DNA of 64,000 bases from Candidatus Microgenomates bacterium (GTDB lineage: Bacteria; Patescibacteriota; JACPGU01): assembly GCA_016188915.1 (NCBI GenBank), contig JACPGU010000003.1, positions 73,045-137,044 of the forward strand, read 5' to 3'. The notes below the pieces were generated by a model. It made no database searches, was not told the DNA's origin, and saw only the letters and a list, made by a program, of their open reading frames with translations. This document shows positions 47,426 through 55,499 of the stretch, piece after piece. The translations under genes were made by a program, and so were the position numbers. How positions within the stretch are numbered: the first letter of the stretch is position 1; every line of letters begins with the position of its first letter.

Positions 47426-48955
47426 ATGAAAAAAAGTTTCGATTTTGCAAGAAATTTTAATTCATCTGATGGCCAACCCATTTTTATACTAGAAATGGCT
47501 AATAATCATATGGGAGATGTGGATCATGGCCTGAGAATTATTGAGGAAATGAGCAAAGTTACAAAAAAATATGACTTCCTCTTTGCCTTTAAATTTCAAT
47601 ATCGCGATCTTGAAACTTTTATCCACCCTGATTATAAGAAACGAATGGACTTGAAATATGTTAAAAGATTTTCCGAAACTCGTCTTTCCGAAAAAGATTT
47701 TTTGATCCTAAAAGCAGAAGCTCAGAAGCTTGGTTTCATTACTATGTGTACACCGTTTGATGAGGTATCGGTTGATATGGTGGTCAAGCATGATTATGAT
47801 ATTCTAAAAGTGGCGAGTGCATCTTGTGGCGATTGGCCATTATTGGAAAAGATAGTGTCCACCGATAAGCCGATTATTTTCTCGACCGGTGGGGCAAAAC
47901 TTGAAGAAATAGACAAAATTGTCAGTTTCTTAGAGCATAGACAGAAGACCTTTGCTCTGGAGCATTGTGTGGGCGAATACCCAACATTGGCAAGAAATCT
48001 TCAGTTGAATCAGATAGATCTGCTCAGAAGAAGATATCCCAATACGACTGTGGGTTTTTCCACACACGAAGAACCAGACAATGTCGAGGCCGTCAAAATC
48101 GCTATCGCCAAAGGCGCGCGTATTTTCGAAAAACATGTTAGTGTTAGAACTGATAAATACGAGATGAACGCCTATTCGGCTAATCCAAAGCAGGTTGATA
48201 AATGGTTACAGTCGGCCAAAGAGGCATATGAAATGTGCGGAATTGTCGGCGAACGAGCACCTTCATCAGAAAAAGAACTGGCTGATATTCGACAGTTTCA
48301 GCGAGGTGTCTTCGCCAAAGATGTAATCAGAAAAGGAGAGAGAGTCGACACAAAAAATACATTTTTTGCTTTTCCGAATCAACCTGGGCAGATTTTAACC
48401 AATGATTTGTCGAAATATTCTGTTTTTACGGCTTTGAAGCAAATTAAAAAAAATGATCCAGTGATAGATGTCAGCAGAGTGGATACAAGAGATAAGGTAT
48501 ATGAGATAGTAGTCAAATCAAGAAATATGTTGGCGGATGCCAAGATTTCCGTTTCCAATCAGCTTGACTTTGAGATCAGCCATCACTATGGCCTCGATAG
48601 ATTTTACGAAGTGGGGGCGGTTATTATCACTTGCGTAAATCGCGAATACACCAAAAAATTAATTATCGTTTTTCCTGGTCAATCACACCCGTCTCATGGG
48701 CACAAACAAAAAGAAGAGACGTTCCATGTTTTGTCTGGAACTATCATTTTTATACTAGATGGTAAGGAACGAGAAGCAAAAGCTGGAGATGTAGTGGTAG
48801 TAGAAAGAGGTGTTAAACATTCATTTTATTCCAAAGAGGGGAGTATCTTTGAAGAGGTTTCCACTACCCATATCAAAAGCGACTCATTCTATGAAGATGA
48901 AAGTATTTCGAAAAACAAAAACAGAAAAACAGAACTCACTTATTGGGTTGATTAA
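47426..48955 (+). CDS. NeuB-family PEP-dependent (ulosonic) acid synthase with SAF domain and extra C-terminal cupin domain
   Basis: IFILEMANNHMGDVDHG, FITMCTPFDEVSVDMV, IIFSTGGAKLEEID, HCVGEYPT follow the NeuB/PseI pattern. C-terminal VFPGQSHPSHGHKQKEETFHVLSGT is a cupin motif. Confidence 0.65.
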   Translation: MKKSFDFARNFNSSDGQPIFILEMANNHMGDVDHGLRIIEEMSKVTKKYDFLFAFKFQYRDLETFIHPDYKKRMDLKYVKRFSETRLSEKDFLILKAEAQKLGFITMCTPFDEVSVDMVVKHDYDILKVASASCGDWPLLEKIVSTDKPIIFSTGGAKLEEIDKIVSFLEHRQKTFALEHCVGEYPTLARNLQLNQIDLLRRRYPNTTVGFSTHEEPDNVEAVKIAIAKGARIFEKHVSVRTDKYEMNAYSANPKQVDKWLQSAKEAYEMCGIVGERAPSSEKELADIRQFQRGVFAKDVIRKGERVDTKNTFFAFPNQPGQILTNDLSKYSVFTALKQIKKNDPVIDVSRVDTRDKVYEIVVKSRNMLADAKISVSNQLDFEISHHYGLDRFYEVGAVIITCVNREYTKKLIIVFPGQSHPSHGHKQKEETFHVLSGTIIFILDGKEREAKAGDVVVVERGVKHSFYSKEGSIFEEVSTTHIKSDSFYEDESISKNKNRKTELTYWVD

Positions 48956-49022
48956 AGAATGGAATTATGTTTTATTGATATAGATTTAGAGGTTCGTTAA
49001 CAATTCGAAAAATAAGGAGGCC

Positions 49023-50732
49023 ATGATGCCAACCGCTTTGGAATTAGTAAAAGAAGAAAAAGATCGAGGAGCGCTGCTAACACCCGCGCATCAGGATAGG
49101 ATTTTGTTTGTGGTCCCACCCAACATCACTTACGAGAACTATGTCAACCCACCCAGTAATGTCAAGGGGGTGATGAGTAAATCAAAGCAACTAGGTACGG
49201 TAGTGACCGATATGCCACTAGGTCCGTTGTCGCTTTCTGCCTATGTCAAGGAGCACACCAGAGCCCAGACAGGAATGGTTGATTTCAATGTTGTTTTAAA
49301 CAGGATCCAAGATTTTGATTACGGATCGTTTACGGAGCTTTTTAGGACTGTTTTCTCTGATACAGAGTGGGTAGAATTTAACCCGACCATTATTGGTATA
49401 TCAGCTCTTTTCTCTCCATCCTACCACAACGTCTTGGATATTGCGGAGTGTTGTCGCAAACTCTTCCCGGAATCAATAATTTTGGGAGGTGGTTTTTTGC
49501 CAACCAACGCCTATGAAAGGATTTTCCAGGATTGCCCCCACTTTGACGGACTCTGTTTCGGTGAAGGGGAGCTGGCATTAACACGTCTTGTTAAGGCGGA
49601 AGATAAGAAAAAGCATCTAGAGAGTGATCCTGTATGGATCACACCGAGAAAAGCCAAATGTGAGGCGAAATTTGGCTTCGATTTTGTCTGGAAATTGGAT
49701 GAGATTCCTTTTCTTGACTACCGCCTTGGCGACCCCAAGGGCTACGCACTCAATCCAACTATCGCGGCATATCCTGCAATTCGCAAAACTGGTCATGATT
49801 TTCACGTTATGACGTCGCGAGGATGCGTCTTTCATTGTGCTTTCTGTGCGCAACATACGGTCCATGGCAGGAAAATGCGTGCATATAGTATTGAAAGGAT
49901 CGAACAAGATTTCCGGCGGCTTCAGAATGAATTCGGTGTCCAGACGATTATTGTCGAAGACGACCATTTCATGTGGGATAAAGATCAAGCTCACAGGATA
50001 TTGGATATCATGATAGAGCTACAATTAAGTGCTTTTTTCCCGAATTCGCTAGCGCTCTACGCGCTCGATCGAAAGATGCTGGAGCAGCTGAAGCGAGTCG
50101 GAGTGAATCAGTTGGTCTTGGCGGTGGAGTCGGGCAGTAGGGAAGTATTGAATAAGATTATGCACAAGCCACTGAAGCTGGAAATCATTGCCAGGGTAGC
50201 CAAGGATTGTCGAGAGATCGGCATCTATACTGACTGTAATATTGTCATGGGACTACCGGGCGAGAGAGAGGAACACTTCGCTGAATCAAGGGAGTTTTTG
50301 AAAACCACCTATGCTAATTGGTTTCGGATCAATATCGCAACCCCCATTGTTGGGAGTGAAATGCTTGACATCTGTCTAGCCAATGATTATCTTGAAGGCG
50401 ATTTCAATGGATGTGACTACAAGAGGGCAATCGTCAGTACTCCGGATTTTACTGCCGAAAGAATTCAGAAATTAGCTTATCTCATGAATCTGGAGTTGAA
50501 TTTTGTGTACAATTCCGATTTCCGACTAGGTGATTATCAGACGGCACTCATGGGTTTCGAGAACGCCATCAAGGCAAAAAGTGATCATGCGCTAGCTCAC
50601 TATTATGCAGCGCAATGTCATCTGAATCTTAACAATCCGTCGAAAGCTAATGAGCATTTAAGGATAGCCAAAGAGGCAGCCAAAAATCCTTTTTGGCATG
50701 ATTATGTAGAAATGTTCGGCATTGCGATTTAA
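49023..50732 (+). CDS. B12-binding-domain radical SAM protein (class B radical SAM, methyltransferase-like) with C-terminal TPR-like tail
   Basis: RBS aaggagg. N-terminal B12-binding-like region. TSRGCVFHCAFCAQH CxxxCxxC cluster. Confidence 0.65.
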   Translation: MMPTALELVKEEKDRGALLTPAHQDRILFVVPPNITYENYVNPPSNVKGVMSKSKQLGTVVTDMPLGPLSLSAYVKEHTRAQTGMVDFNVVLNRIQDFDYGSFTELFRTVFSDTEWVEFNPTIIGISALFSPSYHNVLDIAECCRKLFPESIILGGGFLPTNAYERIFQDCPHFDGLCFGEGELALTRLVKAEDKKKHLESDPVWITPRKAKCEAKFGFDFVWKLDEIPFLDYRLGDPKGYALNPTIAAYPAIRKTGHDFHVMTSRGCVFHCAFCAQHTVHGRKMRAYSIERIEQDFRRLQNEFGVQTIIVEDDHFMWDKDQAHRILDIMIELQLSAFFPNSLALYALDRKMLEQLKRVGVNQLVLAVESGSREVLNKIMHKPLKLEIIARVAKDCREIGIYTDCNIVMGLPGEREEHFAESREFLKTTYANWFRINIATPIVGSEMLDICLANDYLEGDFNGCDYKRAIVSTPDFTAERIQKLAYLMNLELNFVYNSDFRLGDYQTALMGFENAIKAKSDHALAHYYAAQCHLNLNNPSKANEHLRIAKEAAKNPFWHDYVEMFGIAI

Positions 50733-50897
50733 CAGGCAATAGCAACAAGCTCGCAGAAGCAGAGAGAATTTTCTCTGCTTTTTTTGTTACTGAGCAACAT
50801 ATGGATAAGTTGCTATACTCCATGTAGTGATATATAATTTAGTCACTATCTTATCACGTTATTTAAGTGATTTATTACCTAATGTCATCGAAATTAA

Positions 50898-52085
50898 GTG
50901 AATAGTATCAAAAACGCCAAAAAAAGCAGCGTGAAGAATACAGACACATCCCAAGCGAAGTGCAGGGTTTGTGGTTGGGAATTATTTGGAAAACCGCTTT
51001 TGGAGTACGACAATATGCCTAGCGTCGCACAACATTTGCCAGACACAGATTCTCTCAAAGATGATAATGGTGTTGATCTGAGAGTTTATCAATGCTCTGG
51101 ATGCGGCGTGGTGCAACTAGATAGTAAACCAGTACCATATTATAAAGAGGTGATTCGCGCTTCTGGTTTTTCTCAAGAGATGAAAGATTTTCGGCTGAAG
51201 CAATTCAGGGACTTTGTCGCTAAATTTTCTCTTAAAGATAAAAATATTCTTGAAGTGGGGTGTGGAGGAGGAGAATACCTGTCTCTAATGAAAGAGTGCG
51301 CAGCAAATTCCTCGGGCATAGAATATTCCGATAGTTTAGTAAAAAAATGCGCAGAAGGTGGTCTTAATGTCTCGAAAGGATTTGTTGAGGATAGCAGTTA
51401 TATTGTAAACAATGCTCCCTTTGATGCATTTTTTATGATAAGCTCTCTAGAACATTTGCCAGATCCGAACAAAACACTTCGAGGAATATATAATAATTTG
51501 ACTGATGGGGGGGTGGGGATTGTCGAAGTGCCAAATTTTGATATGATTTTGCGCAACAACCTTTTCTCCGAATTTATGCGTGATCATTTATTTTATTTCA
51601 CCAGAGAAACTCTTGTCGTCTTACTCAATTTGAACGGATTTGAAGTCATTAAGTGTAATGAAGTATGGCATGACTATATTATTTCAGCGATTGTGAGGAA
51701 AAGAAGTAATCTGGATCTTACGCTTTTTTCGGAAAATCAAAATAAACTAAAAAAAGAAGTTAATAACTATATTGGAAAATTCGAAAAAAATAAAGTAGCT
51801 ATCTGGGGCGCTGGTCACCAGGCCTTTGCGATCATGTCATTATTCGATCTAGGAGGGAAGATCAAATACGTTGTTGATTCTGCACCCTTCAAACAAGGGA
51901 AATTTACGCCAGCAACCCATATTCCTATCGTTTCTTCGGATAAACTACATTCGGATCCGGTTAGCGCTATTATTGTTATGGCAGGTAGCTATTCTGATGA
52001 AATCGTCAAAATTGTCAGAGAAAATTATCATCAAGATATGAAAGTAGCTATTTTGAGGGACTTTGGGTTAGAAATAATCTCATAA
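50898..52085 (+). CDS. NDP-hexose C-methyltransferase (TylCIII-like: Zn-binding N-domain, SAM MTase, C-methyltransferase C-domain)
   Basis: CRVCGWEL...YQCSGCGVVQLD Zn-binding domain. VLEVGCGGGEYL SAM motif. C-terminal domain like PF08484. Confidence 0.65.
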   Translation: MNSIKNAKKSSVKNTDTSQAKCRVCGWELFGKPLLEYDNMPSVAQHLPDTDSLKDDNGVDLRVYQCSGCGVVQLDSKPVPYYKEVIRASGFSQEMKDFRLKQFRDFVAKFSLKDKNILEVGCGGGEYLSLMKECAANSSGIEYSDSLVKKCAEGGLNVSKGFVEDSSYIVNNAPFDAFFMISSLEHLPDPNKTLRGIYNNLTDGGVGIVEVPNFDMILRNNLFSEFMRDHLFYFTRETLVVLLNLNGFEVIKCNEVWHDYIISAIVRKRSNLDLTLFSENQNKLKKEVNNYIGKFEKNKVAIWGAGHQAFAIMSLFDLGGKIKYVVDSAPFKQGKFTPATHIPIVSSDKLHSDPVSAIIVMAGSYSDEIVKIVRENYHQDMKVAILRDFGLEIIS

Positions 52086-52089
52086 TACT

Positions 52090-53142
52090 ATGTCTGTACT
52101 ATCAACCGATCTTTGTCACATTCTCGATTTGACTCGTGAGTCATGGGAAGATCTCCGAGGAAAACGGCTATTCATGACCGGGGGAACCGGTTTTTTTGGC
52201 AGTCATCTTTTAGAAAGTTTCGCATTTGCCAATAAAGAGCTAAATCTCAACGCCTCTGTCCTTGTGCTGACTAGGGATATAAAGAATTTTAAAAAAACAG
52301 CGCCTCATTTAGTAAAAAATTCGGCTATCAAATTTCATCTCGGCGATGTGAAGGACTTCAATTTCCCTGATGGCGAATTTTCTCATATAATTCATGCGGC
52401 TGCCACATCAGCTGTTGAAACTTTCAATAGAGAAGATCATCTAGCAAAATTCGATACTCTCGTCGGCGGGACGAGGCATGTACTCGACTTTGCCGTTCAT
52501 TGCAAAGCGCAGAAATTTCTTTTTACCAGTTCCGGAGCTGCTTATGGCAAACAACCAGCCGATATGACCCATATTTCAGAAGAATATCTTGGGGCGCCAA
52601 ACCCTCCAGACCCCAATTCTGCATGGGGCGAAGGTAAGCGGGTGGCTGAATTTCTTTGTGGCTATTATTCAAACAAGTATGGTATTGAGACAAAAATAGT
52701 GCGATGTTTTAGCTTCGTTGGTCCATATTTACCCATAGATATTCATTACGCTATAGGGAATTTTATCCGAGACGCTTTAAAAGGGGGGCCTATTATCGTC
52801 AGTGGCGATGGGTCTCCGGTAAGATCCTATCTCTATTCATCTGACCTTGTGGTCTGGCTCTGGACCATTCTTTTCAAAGGAAAGACCCGCAGAATATATA
52901 ATATTGGTTCAGGAGAGAGTATTACTATCGCGGAATTAGCTAATGTCGTGGCACAATCATTGGGACCCAACATTGAAGTGAAGATAGAAAAAACGCCCGA
53001 CCACAATAAAGTACTGGAAAGATACATTCCGGACATTAGTTTGGTGAAAAAAGAATTAGGGCTGGTACAAACGATAGATCTGAAGACCGCTATTAAAAAA
53101 ACAGCAGAGCACATCCAGAAAAATAATAAGTTATATCACTAA
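52090..53142 (+). CDS. NAD(P)-dependent sugar epimerase/reductase (SDR extended family)
   Basis: LFMTGGTGFFGSHLLE Rossmann. YGKQPADMTH...K catalytic Y-x3-K. Confidence 0.7.
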   Translation: MSVLSTDLCHILDLTRESWEDLRGKRLFMTGGTGFFGSHLLESFAFANKELNLNASVLVLTRDIKNFKKTAPHLVKNSAIKFHLGDVKDFNFPDGEFSHIIHAAATSAVETFNREDHLAKFDTLVGGTRHVLDFAVHCKAQKFLFTSSGAAYGKQPADMTHISEEYLGAPNPPDPNSAWGEGKRVAEFLCGYYSNKYGIETKIVRCFSFVGPYLPIDIHYAIGNFIRDALKGGPIIVSGDGSPVRSYLYSSDLVVWLWTILFKGKTRRIYNIGSGESITIAELANVVAQSLGPNIEVKIEKTPDHNKVLERYIPDISLVKKELGLVQTIDLKTAIKKTAEHIQKNNKLYH

Positions 53143-53151
53143 ATAATTCTT

Positions 53152-54822
53152 ATGAAACTCAGTGATTATGTTGTCAAATTCATAAAAGACGAGGTGGCTG
53201 ATTCGGTTTTTGTATTATCGGGTGGAGGAATAATGCACATTATTGATTCGTTGGGCAAATCAAATATTAACACATACTGCTGTCATCATGAACAAGGGGC
53301 AGTTATAGCCGCCGAAGGATATGGTCGGATAAGAAACCATCCCGGGGTAGCCGTGGTTACGACTGGTCCTGGTGGGACCAACGCCATCACCGGTGTTGCC
53401 GGAGCGTGGCTCGACAGTGTACCGATGATGGTGATATGCGGTCAGGTAAAAACAGATAACATTACCCCTAGAAGTAATGGGATCCCAGCGCAAAGAGCAA
53501 TAGGTCTCCAGGAACTAAATAATACAGATATTGCGCGTCCTATAACTAAATATACCGTAACCGTCACCGATCCAGATTCAATAAAATACCACCTTCAAAA
53601 AGCTCTACATATTGCCATATCTGGACGTCCCGGTCCTGTTTGGATTGAAATACCTCTCGATATTACGACGGCAGAAATTGACCCAGAGAAATTACAAGGA
53701 TATAAACCAAAGCCGTTATCGGAATTTGTCGAACCCAAGATACCGATGGATATTATTATCGAAAAGCTAAAAAAAGCAAAAAAGCCATTATTGATGGCAG
53801 GATATGGTATCCGTCTGGCTGGTGGAGTGCAAGTTTTAGAAAAAATATTGAAAAAATACGAATTTAACGTGGTAACCCCAATTTTTACCGCGGACGATCT
53901 GGTAACACATGATTATGTAAAATATTTAGGTAGGCAAGGCATGCCAGGGAATTATTCCGCAAATTACGCTGTCGACAATTGTGACGTGCTCTTGGTTGTT
54001 GGCGAAAGGATACAATTAACGCAGACATCATTTGACTACAAAAATTTTGCTATCCAGGCGACAAAAATAATGGTTGATATAGACGAATCAGAGCTTTACA
54101 AAAAAACTCTAGCCATAGATATTCCAGTCCATTGTGATGCAAAAATATTTCTTGAAGAGCTTTTGAAATATGACTTTAAGCTAAATAAATGGAATGTGGA
54201 ACGCGACAAAATCAATCTGGCTGATTATTCTTGTGGCAAAAAATATCTCAATGTCTATAAATTTATCGACGAAATCGAAAAATACTCTGGTCTTATGCCT
54301 ATCTCCACGGCCGATGGCATGGCGAGCTTGGTTCCTCACCAAGCTTTGAGAATTCACAAAAGACAACGTTTTATTACAAATGCTGGCCTTGGGCACATGG
54401 GGTCTGGACTTCCAATGGCCATTGGAGCGTGTATTGCCGAAGGTAAAAGACCAACAATTTGTTTCGAGGGAGATGGTTCGATAATGCTTAATATTCAAGA
54501 GCTTCAAACGATTATTTATCACAAACTACCGATTAAGATCTTCATTTTCAGCAACGATGGTTATTATTCAATCAGAGGTACTCATACGCGATTCTTTAAT
54601 AAGGTTTTTGCTGCCGATCCATCCTCTGGTGTGGGGATGCCAGACTTTTCGAAATTAATCCTCGCGTGGGGACTGAAGTATGAAAAAATCGCAAGTGATG
54701 ACGAGCTGATAAAATTAAAATCAGTAATGGATTACGAAGGACCGATTGTTTGTGAATTAATGATATCTCCCAACCAGCCAATGCTACCAAAATGGACAGC
54801 GGGACAATTAAGAGATAAATAA
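53152..54822 (+). CDS. Thiamine-diphosphate-dependent enzyme of the acetolactate-synthase large-subunit family (YerE-like candidate)
   Basis: Three-domain TPP-enzyme layout. C-terminal ThDP-binding GLGHMGSGLPMAIG...FEGDGS...N motif. Confidence 0.7.
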   Translation: MKLSDYVVKFIKDEVADSVFVLSGGGIMHIIDSLGKSNINTYCCHHEQGAVIAAEGYGRIRNHPGVAVVTTGPGGTNAITGVAGAWLDSVPMMVICGQVKTDNITPRSNGIPAQRAIGLQELNNTDIARPITKYTVTVTDPDSIKYHLQKALHIAISGRPGPVWIEIPLDITTAEIDPEKLQGYKPKPLSEFVEPKIPMDIIIEKLKKAKKPLLMAGYGIRLAGGVQVLEKILKKYEFNVVTPIFTADDLVTHDYVKYLGRQGMPGNYSANYAVDNCDVLLVVGERIQLTQTSFDYKNFAIQATKIMVDIDESELYKKTLAIDIPVHCDAKIFLEELLKYDFKLNKWNVERDKINLADYSCGKKYLNVYKFIDEIEKYSGLMPISTADGMASLVPHQALRIHKRQRFITNAGLGHMGSGLPMAIGACIAEGKRPTICFEGDGSIMLNIQELQTIIYHKLPIKIFIFSNDGYYSIRGTHTRFFNKVFAADPSSGVGMPDFSKLILAWGLKYEKIASDDELIKLKSVMDYEGPIVCELMISPNQPMLPKWTAGQLRDK

Positions 54823-54823
54823 T

Positions 54824-55474
54824 ATGAAATATACCAACATTATCTTTGATTTCGATGGGACATTAGTTGATACGAGACCCGGGATAATAAAGGCTTTTTA
54901 TGCTGTCATGACTGATATGGGTATAGAGCCGGCCGATGAAAAGACTATTGGTGAGCTAATAGGAGTCCCATTATCTCAATTTCTTGAAGTTCTCCTAAAA
55001 ACTAATGATGCCAAAATCATTAAGAAAGGGTCAGAATTATTCAAAAAACATTATGATAGAGAATATTCTTCTGACAATATTTTGTATCCCGGTATTCCGG
55101 AGTTACTAGAAAATATTAAGGAAAACTCTGGTAGCAGTTTTGTTGTTAGTAATAAAATAGATGCTTTCTTGAATAAAATATTAGAACAGCATGATATTAG
55201 AAAATATTTCCAATCCACCAAGGGAACTGATGGGACAGGAAGAGGCTCTCAAAAATCTGATTACGTCAGGGATTTGGTTGAAGAAAATAATCTAGATCGA
55301 GCTATAACTGTCATTGTAGGTGATAGGAGAGATGATGTAGTAGCAGGAAAAGACAACCTGATACATACTGTAGGCATAACCTATGGCTATGGCTCAAGGG
55401 AAGAATTAGAGGAAGTGGGAGCTGAGATTGTAGTCAGAGATGTTGAGGGCCTGAAGAGTGTTTTGATGGAATAA
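54824..55474 (+). CDS. HAD-superfamily phosphatase
   Basis: IIFDFDGTLVDT motif I. Later GDRRDDV motif. Confidence 0.7.
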   Translation: MKYTNIIFDFDGTLVDTRPGIIKAFYAVMTDMGIEPADEKTIGELIGVPLSQFLEVLLKTNDAKIIKKGSELFKKHYDREYSSDNILYPGIPELLENIKENSGSSFVVSNKIDAFLNKILEQHDIRKYFQSTKGTDGTGRGSQKSDYVRDLVEENNLDRAITVIVGDRRDDVVAGKDNLIHTVGITYGYGSREELEEVGAEIVVRDVEGLKSVLME

Positions 55475-55499
55475 AGGCTTATTTTATAAGATTGAAAGA

